From assembly GCA_965222375.1 (NCBI GenBank), contig CBDCTZ010000016.1, positions 512,001 through 576,000 on the forward strand: a stretch of 64,000 bases of DNA, in the 5' to 3' direction. The DNA is from Polyangiaceae bacterium (GTDB lineage: Bacteria > Myxococcota_A > Polyangia > Polyangiales > Polyangiaceae). This document shows, one piece after another, positions 19,548 to 28,946 of the stretch (position 1 is its first letter; each line of letters starts with the position of its first letter). The translations under genes and the position numbers were made by a program. The notes under the pieces are model-generated. The model ran no database searches and had not been told where the DNA came from. It saw only the letters and a program-made list of their open reading frames with translations.

Positions 19548-21809
19548 TCAAGCGTCCTTCACGGCCTTCGCGCGCACCGAAGCCAGGCTGATCCCGCCGC
19601 GAGTTCGCACGGCAACTTTGAGTGCGTCGTCCTTCTCGTCTGCTGGCGTCCATTGGACCTCCAGACCCTCCCCGGCGATCCTCCCCAGAGCTTCCCAGCG
19701 CATGGTTGCGCCTTCAGGGACACCAGCCAGGCGAGCGTGCACGACCCCCTGCTTGGAAGTGGCAGCCAGCTCGATGTCGGGCGGGTCGAAAAGCGGAAGG
19801 TCTTCGCTTCTCTTGGCGCGGCGCACGCCCGTGTCCGTCCACTGATCGATGAGCTTGAGCTTGCGCTGCGTGGGGGAGTGTTCATTCAGGCTGAAACCCC
19901 CGTCCGGCGGGGGCGGATCGGCGACAAAGGAGTCGGGATCGATTCCAGCATCGGCAGGCGGCGGATCCGCGACGAAGGAGTCGGCCTCCACGCCCGCGTC
20001 TGCGGGCAATGGGTCGGCAACCATTTGGTCATCCTTCACATCGATGCCCGCATCCGCCGGTGGGGGGTCAGCGACAAACTGATCCTGCTTGCCGCCATCG
20101 GTGGCGGGACCTGGTCCGGAGCTTTCACCACCACAACCGAGCGCGGTCAAAGCCAGGGATGCACCCAAGGCGACGTTGGCCCCGAGATGGGGCCTCGGGC
20201 GAGCGCGATGAACCGGCCGCGGCTTGCGCATGCTCCGGGTGTAGAGATCGACCTCCTCGTAGAAGCCATCGAGTTCGTGCTGCCAAACCCGGTCGGCTTC
20301 GGCGATCTCGAGGCCAAGAAGAGCGGTCTGGCGTTCGATGTGGTCGAAGTCCGCCAAGTCCACTTGCTCCGCGAGGTCCACCACGCGCTCGAAGAACCGC
20401 GCGGTGTCGAGGGTGATGGCGCGGGTCAGAGACTCCGCGCGCTCGAGCAGGCGGCGATGGCGCCCGGCATCGTCGGGGCGGAAGTGCTCGATGAGCTTGG
20501 CTGCGTAGCCGACGCCCATGTAGCGGTTGGCGACTCCGTCGCAGCGGAAGTTTCGCTCGCGGAACACGCTTGCCGAAATGCGGAAACATAGTTCCGCTCG
20601 ATCATCGTCGATCCGATAGTTCCATCCCAGATAGCTACCGCCTATCTTGCCCGCCTCTGCCAGCTCCAGCTGCATCGGAGTTCCGTAGTAGGGTTCGGCT
20701 CGGCAGAAGTTCACCGGTTGCCTGGGGTGGGCGCGCATGAACGCGATGTTCTCGCGCAGGTCGGCCAGGGTTGCCTTGGGCTCGAATACCAACAGGTTGT
20801 AGCAAGCGAAGATCCCCGCGGCTTCACAGGCTTCCAGCGCACGAGCAACGGCCTCATGCTGCACGCCCCGATTCAAATGGTCAGAGCCACCCTCGGAGAC
20901 ATTTTCGACGCCTACGTACATCCGCACGACGCCGAGCTCCCGCAGTCGAGTCAACAACTCGCAGTTGACGGTTTCCGGTCGGCACTTGCCGATGAATCCC
21001 GCTTTTTCGATACCGTAGTCCGCCAGTCGATCGCAGATTGCTTCGATGCGGCGCAGGGAGTCCTCGGGCTTTGGCAGCAGAAAATTGTCGTCGTGAAAGC
21101 AGAACACGCAGGGCTCACCGAGGCCGAGGCTCAGCGCCGCCATTTCGTCCGCGACGTTCTCGGGACTGCGCATGCGAAGCAGAGTGCCCCCACCGTTCCG
21201 CTTTGCGTCGCGGTAGAAGGACGTGATCGAGCAGTAGCTGCAACTGCCCCAGCAGCCGCGGGACCCCATGATCGGTACGAAGGGCACACCAGCATGGCGG
21301 GAGGGCGCTCGGTAGCGCTTGGGGAACGGCAAGGCATCGAGGTTCCGGCAAAGGCCGCGACCCTCTGTTCGGTGGACACCTTCGGCGTCCCGGTACGCAA
21401 GTCCGGGGACGTCGCGGAGGGGGGTGCCTCTGCTCAACGCTCCTAGGAGTTCCGGAAAGGTCTCCTCAGCGTCATACATCGCGATGCTGTCGATGCCGTT
21501 GCCGCGGCGAAGGACTTCGTCAGCTGCCAGAGATGGAAACTGGCCTCCGGTCGTAATGTGGCCGCCATAGCCGTGGCGGCGCAACGAGCGGGACAGCGAC
21601 AGAAACTCGTGGGCTCGATGTTGAAACTGCATGCTGAGCCCAATGACGTCTGGCGCGGCCGCCGCGAGACCACGGGCGATCTGTCCGCGGTCCTTGGGGG
21701 AGTTGAAGGGGACGATGTCGACCTGGTGCCCCGCCGCCTCCGCCACCGCCGCGATCATCCCGACGCCCAGATTCTCCTCGAAATCGGCCCCGACGAGAGC
21801 AATGCGCAT
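19548..21809 (-). CDS. cobalamin-binding radical SAM protein with C-terminal lipoprotein-like repeat extension
   Basis: B12-binding domain (ENLGVGMIAA, PDVIGLS, TGGQFPS); SRGCWGSCSYC CxxxCxxC; RSPENVADE, FHDDNF, GVEN; GGAGG RBS upstream. Confidence 0.9.
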   Translation of the reverse strand: MRIALVGADFEENLGVGMIAAVAEAAGHQVDIVPFNSPKDRGQIARGLAAAAPDVIGLSMQFQHRAHEFLSLSRSLRRHGYGGHITTGGQFPSLAADEVLRRGNGIDSIAMYDAEETFPELLGALSRGTPLRDVPGLAYRDAEGVHRTEGRGLCRNLDALPFPKRYRAPSRHAGVPFVPIMGSRGCWGSCSYCSITSFYRDAKRNGGGTLLRMRSPENVADEMAALSLGLGEPCVFCFHDDNFLLPKPEDSLRRIEAICDRLADYGIEKAGFIGKCRPETVNCELLTRLRELGVVRMYVGVENVSEGGSDHLNRGVQHEAVARALEACEAAGIFACYNLLVFEPKATLADLRENIAFMRAHPRQPVNFCRAEPYYGTPMQLELAEAGKIGGSYLGWNYRIDDDRAELCFRISASVFRERNFRCDGVANRYMGVGYAAKLIEHFRPDDAGRHRRLLERAESLTRAITLDTARFFERVVDLAEQVDLADFDHIERQTALLGLEIAEADRVWQHELDGFYEEVDLYTRSMRKPRPVHRARPRPHLGANVALGASLALTALGCGGESSGPGPATDGGKQDQFVADPPPADAGIDVKDDQMVADPLPADAGVEADSFVADPPPADAGIDPDSFVADPPPPDGGFSLNEHSPTQRKLKLIDQWTDTGVRRAKRSEDLPLFDPPDIELAATSKQGVVHARLAGVPEGATMRWEALGRIAGEGLEVQWTPADEKDDALKVAVRTRGGISLASVRAKAVKDA
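19898..20088 (-). repeat. four imperfect peptide repeats D(Q/S)(F/M)VADP(P/L)P(A/P)D(A/G)G
   Basis: DQFVADPPPADAG / DQMVADPLPADAG / DSFVADPPPADAG / DSFVADPPPPDGG. Confidence 0.9.
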
Positions 21810-21890
21810 GTGTCACCTCCGGTCCCTATCTTGGAACTGCTGGGGGGCGGCGCCTTGATCGACGTCAAGCTGCGTCGCCGGGCTCGCCGC

Positions 21891-22793
21891 TCAGCCCAAT
21901 TGCCCGGGCTCTTCGGCCAGCGGCGCCTTGGGGCGCAGCAGCAGTAGCACGCCGATAACGACCAGTAGCGCACCGGCAATGGTGAGCGGGCCGGGGATTT
22001 CGCCGAAGATCGCTGCCCCCCACAGGGCGGCGAAGATGATCTGCACGTAGCCGACGGTGGTCGCGCGACCCGCTGGGACCAGCGCGAGACCCTTGGTCAG
22101 CAGGACTTGGGAGACCTGTGTCGCAACGCCCAGCCCGAGCAACAAGAGCCACCCTTGCGTCGTTGGGTCCTTCCAACTAGCGATCGCGAAGGGGAGAGTT
22201 GCTGGCACGGCGACGACAGGGAAGTACATCACGATCACATGGGGATCATCGCTCAGGCGCAGGCGCCGTACAGTCGTATAGGCAAACGCGCTGAAGAAGG
22301 CACCGCCCAACGCCGCAAGCACACCGGCCGTAGGCAGGGGCGCTCCTTGCCCGAAGAGTAGACTTGGTCGTGTCACCAGCAGTGTACCGACGAGGCTGGC
22401 CAGAATCGCCAGCGGAAGTCTCCGGTCGACCCGCTCGCCCAGGAACACGAGTGCCACCAGCGTTGTGAGGATCGGGTTCAGGTAGTGGATGACCGTGGCT
22501 TCCGCCAGTGGCAAGTTCGCTACGGCGTAGAAGAAGCACGCCAACCCGCCGGTGCCGAGCATACCGCGTAGTAGCAGGAAGCGCCGGTTGTTCCCGAGCG
22601 GGGAGATCCCGCGGTGAAGCACCCATGCGGCACTCAGCACCAGGGTGACGACGCCTCTGGCGAGCACCAACATGGCCACGGGCAGTTCTTGGCCCGCGAG
22701 CTTCACGCACACGCTCATGACCGAGAAGCCGAGGGCACCCAAGACAAGCATGCCGATGCCACGTTGCTCGTCGCGAAGGGACACGCGGCGCAT
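21891..22793 (-). CDS. DMT (EamA) family transporter
   Basis: About 10 TMs, LPLAEATVIHYLNP, VFLGERV, IFGEIP. Confidence 0.9.
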   Translation of the reverse strand: MRRVSLRDEQRGIGMLVLGALGFSVMSVCVKLAGQELPVAMLVLARGVVTLVLSAAWVLHRGISPLGNNRRFLLLRGMLGTGGLACFFYAVANLPLAEATVIHYLNPILTTLVALVFLGERVDRRLPLAILASLVGTLLVTRPSLLFGQGAPLPTAGVLAALGGAFFSAFAYTTVRRLRLSDDPHVIVMYFPVVAVPATLPFAIASWKDPTTQGWLLLLGLGVATQVSQVLLTKGLALVPAGRATTVGYVQIIFAALWGAAIFGEIPGPLTIAGALLVVIGVLLLLRPKAPLAEEPGQLG

Positions 22794-22974
22794 TGTCGTC
22801 ACGTGCCTGGGCCAACTGTAAAGCAGGTCCAGGTGGCCATTGGTTATCGGAGCCGCAGTGAACCGCGGTTTGCGCTTCACAAAAACGAGCAAAAAAACCG
22901 GGAAATGCCCCGGTGTTCCACGTAGCGTGGGCGGGCACATGCTTTGCACAAGTGCCCGAACGGAGCACTAGGAC

Positions 22975-24093
22975 ATGAGGCGAGCTTTGGTGGGTTTTTC
23001 AGTATTGACTATGGGTGCGTTCGCTGTAGGTGCATGCGGCGGCGACAGCGATGGGAACATCAATGGTGGTAAGTCGATTCCGATCGATGACGTGGCACCG
23101 TTGTATGCCGACGCTTTGTGCACGGCGTTCGAGACATGTTCGCCGGAAGCGCCGATAGAGGCGTTCCTGAACGGAGAGGATTGTCGCAAGAACGCGGAAA
23201 CTGGCTTTGACGATGAGCTGGTTCGGATCAAGACTGCCATCGACGACGGCCGAGTCATCTACAAGGGCAACTTGATCCAGGCATGCATCGACGCGATCAA
23301 AGCTGCCGGCTGCGGGCTCAACGAGGAACCAGAAGAGTGCAAGGTCGCCGTCGTCGGCACGATCGAGGACGGTGAGGACTGTACTCTCGACACGGAATGT
23401 AAAGGCGACACTAGCTATTGCCAGGTCGAGTCGAGCTGCCCGGGCAAGTGTGCGCCAAGGGAGCCCGCAGGCGCTAGTTGCAAGCGCGACGATGATTGCG
23501 CCGTGGGGCTGCAGTGCTCGGACGAAACCAGCAAGTGCTTCACGCCAGCGAAGGACGGTGAGGCCTGCGAGGCTGGTGCTCCTGCGTGTGGGCCTGGCCT
23601 CTTCTGTTTGGGTCAAGACGATGATGCACAGAAACCCGGCACCTGCGCGGAGAGCTCGAAGGCTTTCGCTGGCGCCGAGGGAGATGAGTGCTTCATCGAC
23701 GGCAAGCCGCTGTGCAAGGGAGACCTGCGCTGCATCATCACGGGTGTAGACACAACCGCAGGCAAGCTGACTGCCAAGTGTGCCAAAGAGGTTGCGTCCG
23801 GGGCTGCGTGCAATCCGGGCTTGCCGGATCCCTGCCCCATCGATCAGTTCTGCAAGATCCCGCAGTCCAGTCCCCCGACCTTTGATGGCACTTGCACGGC
23901 GAAACCGGGTGCGAATGAGCCCTGCGGACAAGGCATAGGCGACGCCGATGTCTGCGCCGCCGACCACCGTTGCGATGGTGGCACCTGCAAGCCACGCCAG
24001 AAGTTGGGTGGGAAATGCAGCACGGACGATCTCTGCTACAGTGAAAACTGTTCCGGCGGGGCGTGCGTTCCTGGCGGAGGTTGCACGATTTAA
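22975..24093 (+). CDS. Cys-rich lipoprotein (Dickkopf-N-like repeats)
   Basis: Lipobox VGAC; repeated G..C....C...L.C units. Confidence 0.8.
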   Translation: MRRALVGFSVLTMGAFAVGACGGDSDGNINGGKSIPIDDVAPLYADALCTAFETCSPEAPIEAFLNGEDCRKNAETGFDDELVRIKTAIDDGRVIYKGNLIQACIDAIKAAGCGLNEEPEECKVAVVGTIEDGEDCTLDTECKGDTSYCQVESSCPGKCAPREPAGASCKRDDDCAVGLQCSDETSKCFTPAKDGEACEAGAPACGPGLFCLGQDDDAQKPGTCAESSKAFAGAEGDECFIDGKPLCKGDLRCIITGVDTTAGKLTAKCAKEVASGAACNPGLPDPCPIDQFCKIPQSSPPTFDGTCTAKPGANEPCGQGIGDADVCAADHRCDGGTCKPRQKLGGKCSTDDLCYSENCSGGACVPGGGCTI

Positions 24094-24111
24094 TCGAAGC
24101 GGGAACCGGGA

Positions 24112-24141
24112 GCGGGCCTGTGCATCACAGCATGGGCCCGC
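24112..24141. terminator. possible hairpin terminator between convergent genes
   Basis: GCGGGCCTGTGC-N6-GCATGGGCCCGC stem with wobble pairs; no strong U tract. Confidence 0.35.
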
Positions 24142-24156
24142 ACTGTATTTGGCGAC

Positions 24157-24753
24157 TTACTCGATGACTGGGAATGGAAAGACGTCCCACTGGTCCCGTT
24201 CCGGTCGATAGAACGCTTCAAATCCGCGGTACAGATGCGAATAGCCCTCGCAGATCAACAGACCGTTGATCTCCTTGGATGATTCGGTCGGTGCAGGTCC
24301 GAGGGGTTCGAAGTACGCACCTTTGTCGTAGCTCGACAGATCGCCGGGCAGGCTGTACAGGATCCGCACTTGTTGAGGAGGACACGGAGCACCCTGCTCG
24401 TTGACGGTGACCCAGTTCCGTCGGACCGCATCCTGCAGCACCGTCATGCGCAACTGCTCCACACGGGTGGGCTTGTTCGCCGCTGGGGCCACTGTGCTGG
24501 CTGCAGTGACACCGGGCAGGCTTCCTGAGGGGCCGGAGGCGGCTGGGTCCGAAGCGACCCGGGCCTGGGCTTCCGGTTGGGCCACGGGTCTGCGCGGCGC
24601 GGTACGGGGTGGGCGTGGCGACGGAGTCGCTTCCACGCCTCGGGCGCGGCTGGAGCTCGGCTGCTCCTGGCTGGATCGAATGACGGCTACCGCCGCGAAG
24701 ACGCCAAGCAGGATGAAGATCGAAAGAAAGTAGGCTTTGGGAAAGCGGTTCAC
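24157..24753 (-). CDS. hypothetical membrane-anchored protein
   Basis: N-terminal TM, Pro/Ala linker, aromatic-rich C-terminal domain; 1 nt downstream of the MYXO-CTERM gene. Confidence 0.7.
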   Translation of the reverse strand: MNRFPKAYFLSIFILLGVFAAVAVIRSSQEQPSSSRARGVEATPSPRPPRTAPRRPVAQPEAQARVASDPAASGPSGSLPGVTAASTVAPAANKPTRVEQLRMTVLQDAVRRNWVTVNEQGAPCPPQQVRILYSLPGDLSSYDKGAYFEPLGPAPTESSKEINGLLICEGYSHLYRGFEAFYRPERDQWDVFPFPVIE

Positions 24754-24754
24754 G

Positions 24755-26302
24755 TCAGCCCTTTTGGCTTCGTCTTCGGCACAGCGGAATCAACCCGGCC
24801 AGCAGCAGCCAGGCTGGTGTCTTCGTCTCCCTGCTGCCCGTGGCGCGACACGCGCAGCCTTCTTCGCCGGAGCCAACGACACGGGTCCGCTGCCCCCCAC
24901 TCGTGCCACCAGTCTGCGCTGCTCCGATGCTGCCCGCGGTGTTCCACCCCCCCGCTGTCCCGCCGCCGCCGCCGGCGCCCCCGCTCGGCACGGAGAGGTC
25001 GTCGTCGATGATGTACACAGCGTCGCCAGAGCCTTGAACCAACACCGGGCGCTCGCGCAGTTTTGGCCCCTCGGGGAAGGCTTCCAAATCCGCCTTGGCC
25101 CACTCCACGATGCTGGAGGTGTCAAAGTCCCAAGTGGCCATTGCCGCCGAATCCACGAAGCGACGCACGTCCCCGTCGATCAGCCACGTCTTGCTCGCGC
25201 CGACGACCCGCACGAGTAGCGGCACATCGGGCAACACCCTGCCGGCGTCGATCGCGCCAAGAGCCGAATCGCTCAAGGGCATGACGTCCCAGAAATACGA
25301 AAACCCCCAGCTCTTGAAGCTATCCGAACCCACGACGTGCCGCTTGATACCGCTCGGGACCTTGGCTGTGCACTTCAGTGTGCCCGGGCTCTTGGCGAGC
25401 TGTGCGTTCGCACCACCCCCACTGTCTATTCCGTATGCGTGTACCGGGTGCGCTTGGCCATCGTGCAGGGAGAGAGGTGAGGCAATCTCGTAGCCGTGGG
25501 AGCAGGAGCCGATGGCGGAGCACAAATCGTCTCGTTTGATATTGGCTGTGATCGGAACGCCTTTGGCCTTTGCGTCGCCTGCCGGACCGCCGAAGTAGAG
25601 ATGCGCATCGATGGACTTCTTCGGCGAATCGGGATCCTGAGCCCAGCCCCAAACGCGGGTGCAGTTGGCGCCGTCCAAGTAGCCGATCGGTTTCTTGTTG
25701 GACGGCAACGCCGATGTCCAAAATGATGTCTGCTTCTTGGCGCCCGGCCACGACCAACTGAAATGCACGTGGTCCGTGTGGGGGTTGCTGCCGGTGTAGC
25801 TCTTCCAGCCCGCGGTCGCGCAGCTGGAATTCGGCGCTCGATAGGCACCCCAGATCTGCTTGTTCCAGATGAAGTACATCATCCCGGTCCGCCGAGCCAA
25901 TGCGCAGGCGTTGCCGTGTTCGTCTTTGGCCAAGAGCCAATCAATGACAGTCTTCGCGATATCGCGCTGGGTGCTGTTGTTGTAGTTGACCTTCCAGTCC
26001 CAGGCGCGACCTTCCTTGTGCTCGCTGGTGCCACCGACGCTGCAAGAGCGCGTGATGCCGTAGTCTCCGGTTACGGCATAGGTGTTCAAGATCAGGTTCT
26101 TGAAAGCGAGTACACCCGCTTTGGCCGTCGGGTCGCAGGTATCTTGCGCATCGTAGCTGGCGAATGCATCGATGCTCTTGGCAAAGCTCGGGGTCGGCGG
26201 CTTCGCTGCGGAGATGGCCTGCGGCGCCACTAGGCCGAGTGCCACGCCGATTCCGAGCGCCGCCGTGACGGGTGCCGAAGAGCGCGCTGAAGGAACGTAC
26301 AT
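24755..26302 (-). CDS. secreted M15/LAS-type Zn peptidase-like protein with MYXO-CTERM
   Basis: SEHKEGRAWD (H-x6-D) and HTDHVH (HxH); C-terminal GCAC..hydrophobic..RRR. Confidence 0.75.
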   Translation of the reverse strand: MYVPSARSSAPVTAALGIGVALGLVAPQAISAAKPPTPSFAKSIDAFASYDAQDTCDPTAKAGVLAFKNLILNTYAVTGDYGITRSCSVGGTSEHKEGRAWDWKVNYNNSTQRDIAKTVIDWLLAKDEHGNACALARRTGMMYFIWNKQIWGAYRAPNSSCATAGWKSYTGSNPHTDHVHFSWSWPGAKKQTSFWTSALPSNKKPIGYLDGANCTRVWGWAQDPDSPKKSIDAHLYFGGPAGDAKAKGVPITANIKRDDLCSAIGSCSHGYEIASPLSLHDGQAHPVHAYGIDSGGGANAQLAKSPGTLKCTAKVPSGIKRHVVGSDSFKSWGFSYFWDVMPLSDSALGAIDAGRVLPDVPLLVRVVGASKTWLIDGDVRRFVDSAAMATWDFDTSSIVEWAKADLEAFPEGPKLRERPVLVQGSGDAVYIIDDDLSVPSGGAGGGGGTAGGWNTAGSIGAAQTGGTSGGQRTRVVGSGEEGCACRATGSRETKTPAWLLLAGLIPLCRRRSQKG

Positions 26303-26553
26303 TTGAGCGGTGGCCTCGGAGGGAGACGTGGCCCGAAGCGGGCCAGCGAAAGATCCGAGCACCTCACGTGCCAACCCGTAGTTGCGGGGAAAACCGGCGG
26401 AATGCGCCGCTGCGGCCCGCCAAGTGCAACCTCTTGGTGCCAACCTGCGGTTGGCACTCACTCCCTGGGATTGCGTGCAGGTAGTTGCGGCGGACGTGTT
26501 CATTCGCGCCTCTCGATGATGCGCTCCGGCGTCGAGCGCGGTACTCTTTCCTC

Positions 26554-27660
26554 ATGATGAAATGGGGAAGCTTGGCTTTGGGCATGTTGTTCTTGGTTGC
26601 AGCCTGCGGTGGTTCTGACGACGCAGGGCTCAATGGCACCGGAGGGAGTGACGCTGGTGTTGGGGGTGGCACAGCGGGAAGCGGCGGAGGCAGTTCTGGA
26701 ACTGGCGGCGGCACCGCGGGTAGCGGCGGCGGAACCGCGGGCATTGGTGGTGGCATCGCTGGCAGCGGGGGCGGCAGTGCAGGCAGCAGCGGCAGCTCCG
26801 GAAGTGGTGGCAGCGCTGGCAGCAGCGGCAGTTCCGGAAGCGGTGGTAGCGCAACGGGCGGCACGAGTAGCGGTGGCACCAGCAGTGGCGGCACGAGTAG
26901 CGGTGGCACCAGCAGTGGCGGCACGAGTAGCGGTGGCACCAGCAGTGGCGGCACGAGTAGCGGTGGCACCAGCAGTGGCGGCACGGGTGGCGTCATCAGT
27001 ACGGGCGGCACGAGCGGTGGCGGCACCGGTGGCGTCATTGGCACCGGTGGCACGAGCAGTGGCGGCACCGGCGGAATCATCGGCACGGGCGGCACGAGTA
27101 GTGGCGGCACCGGCGGAATCATCGGCACGGGCGGCGCGAGCAGTGGCGGCACTGGCGGAATCATCGGCACGGGTGGCACGAGCAGTGGCGGCACTGGCGG
27201 AATCATCGGCACGGGTGGCACGAGCAGTGGCGGCACTGGCGGAATCATCGGCACGGGTGGCACGAGCAGTGGCGGCACTGGCGGAATCATCGGTACGGGT
27301 GGCACCGGTGGCGGCGGAGTGCGAAACATCAACCCTGTTGGCTGTCCGCAGACCGCGCCCACCATTGGACACATCTGCACCAAGGCGGTGACGTGTTGCT
27401 ACGACACCCACAAGAATCCCTTCGTGTGCGCCATCGCGAACCCCGGAACTGGCGGTGCGACATCTCTTGGCACGTGGAAAGCGAACAACAACAAGGTTTG
27501 TTGCCCCAGCACGCCTCCAGCGAAGGGCAAGCAGTGCAACACTCCGGGCGCGATAACGTGCTGCTACGGTTCGGATATCAACGGGTTTTTCTGCAACGCA
27601 CAGCCCAATCCCGACGAATGGGATACCCGTGCCTGCGTCGCGATTGATCCCGGAGGCTGA
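26554..27660 (+). CDS. Gly-rich repeat lipoprotein with Cys-rich C-terminus
   Basis: Lipobox VAAC; ~230-aa Gly/Ser/Thr tract; two CP..P..G..C....CCY units. Confidence 0.8.
   Translation: MMKWGSLALGMLFLVAACGGSDDAGLNGTGGSDAGVGGGTAGSGGGSSGTGGGTAGSGGGTAGIGGGIAGSGGGSAGSSGSSGSGGSAGSSGSSGSGGSATGGTSSGGTSSGGTSSGGTSSGGTSSGGTSSGGTSSGGTSSGGTGGVISTGGTSGGGTGGVIGTGGTSSGGTGGIIGTGGTSSGGTGGIIGTGGASSGGTGGIIGTGGTSSGGTGGIIGTGGTSSGGTGGIIGTGGTSSGGTGGIIGTGGTGGGGVRNINPVGCPQTAPTIGHICTKAVTCCYDTHKNPFVCAIANPGTGGATSLGTWKANNNKVCCPSTPPAKGKQCNTPGAITCCYGSDINGFFCNAQPNPDEWDTRACVAIDPGG
26857..27312 (+). repeat. coding tandem repeats, 15/30-bp (GGTSS) and 42-bp (GGTSSGGTGGIIGT)
   Basis: GGCACGAGTAGCGGTGGCACCAGCAGTGGC about x4, then 42-bp units AGCAGTGGCGGCACTGGCGGAATCATCGGCACGGGTGGCACG. 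Confidence 0.9.
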
Positions 27661-27713
27661 ATCTCGCGAATGCCCCATGGCCTAGGGCGCGGCTTGGCCT
27701 TACCCTCGGCAAC

Positions 27714-28946
27714 GTGGGAAACCGAACCGGAAGTGCGGACCTACCCCTACACGGGGGTCGTGTGCCCGCGTGGCTCGCCACCCGCATGGCCAAGCTCGGT
27801 ACGGTCATCACAGAAGCCATCGTGCTGGAGTACGGCCGTGACGAGTTCCTACGGCGGCTGTCCCACCCGTTCTGGTTTCAGTCCTTTGGGGCCGTCATGG
27901 GCATGGATTGGCACTCGAGCGGCATCACCACCAGCGTGATGGGCGCCCTGAAGCGGGGGTTCGCGCCCCTCGAAAGCGAATTGGGCCTGTACGTTTGCGG
28001 CGGCAGAGGTCGCCACTCCCGCAAGACCCCGGAAGAGCTACGCGCGGTTGGCAGTCGCACCGGTATCGACGGCGATTCTCTGGCCCACACGAGTCGCCTC
28101 GTTGCCAAGGTAGATAGCGCTGCCGTGAACGATGGATACGACATCTATCTGCACTCTTTTATCGTTGCTGCAGATGGCAAGTGGGCCGTGATTCAGCAGG
28201 GCATGGCTCCAGCCTCCCGCACCGCGCGCCGCTACCACTGGCTCAGTGAGGGCCTTCAGAGCTTCGTTGACGCGCCACACTCCGCCATCGAGGGCGAAAA
28301 CATGGGCCTGATTTCGAACCTGACTGATCGCCGCGCGCACCAGAACCGCGAAGCGCAGCTCGCCCTGGTCAACTCTGGTCCAGATCGCGCGCTGGCCTCC
28401 TACGCTGAGGCGCGCCCGGCCAAAAAGCCCAGACAGGCCACGCTCCCGCATCTGTCCCTGCCGGCGCACCACGAAGTGTTGGCCGGCGATGTGGTCATGC
28501 GTCGGCTTTACGCGGCTCTTGCTGCGGCCGCCGATCGCGGGCCCAAAGACTTCGCTGAGCTGTTGATGGTGCCGGGGGTGGGCGCCAGAACCGTGGAGAC
28601 CCTGGCGCTGGTTAGCGAAGTCATCCACGGAGCTCCGTACCGGTTCTCGGATCCGGCGCGATTCTCCTACGCCCTGGGAGGCAAAGACGGTCACCCGTTT
28701 CCGGTTCCGCTGCGGGTCTATGACCGCACCCTGGGCGTCCTGCGCCAGGCCGTGGACCGAGCGAAGCTGCAGCAATCAGACAAGCTGCACGCTCTGAAGC
28801 GCCTGGATCAGCAGGCGCGGGTGCTGGACGGCGTGGCTTTGGGTCAGCCTCTGGAAGTGATCCTCAAACGGGAGCGATCCCTGTCGCACCTCTACGGCGG
28901 ACGAACCGTGTTTGGTGACCGCAAACCCCGGCCAGGGCGCGGGTGA
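27714..28946 (+). CDS. DUF763 family protein
   Basis: GSADLPLHGGRVP.WL, WFQSFGAVMGMDWHSSGITT, ARRYHW, GGKDGHPFPV, HhH-like PGVGART. Confidence 0.9.
   Translation: MGNRTGSADLPLHGGRVPAWLATRMAKLGTVITEAIVLEYGRDEFLRRLSHPFWFQSFGAVMGMDWHSSGITTSVMGALKRGFAPLESELGLYVCGGRGRHSRKTPEELRAVGSRTGIDGDSLAHTSRLVAKVDSAAVNDGYDIYLHSFIVAADGKWAVIQQGMAPASRTARRYHWLSEGLQSFVDAPHSAIEGENMGLISNLTDRRAHQNREAQLALVNSGPDRALASYAEARPAKKPRQATLPHLSLPAHHEVLAGDVVMRRLYAALAAAADRGPKDFAELLMVPGVGARTVETLALVSEVIHGAPYRFSDPARFSYALGGKDGHPFPVPLRVYDRTLGVLRQAVDRAKLQQSDKLHALKRLDQQARVLDGVALGQPLEVILKRERSLSHLYGGRTVFGDRKPRPGRG

Noticed and set aside
26364..27678. Long Pro-/Ala-rich repeat ORFs in other frames (also 48590-49204, 55771-56589, 57341-58126)
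   Set aside because: Stop-free shadows of Gly-repeat coding DNA.
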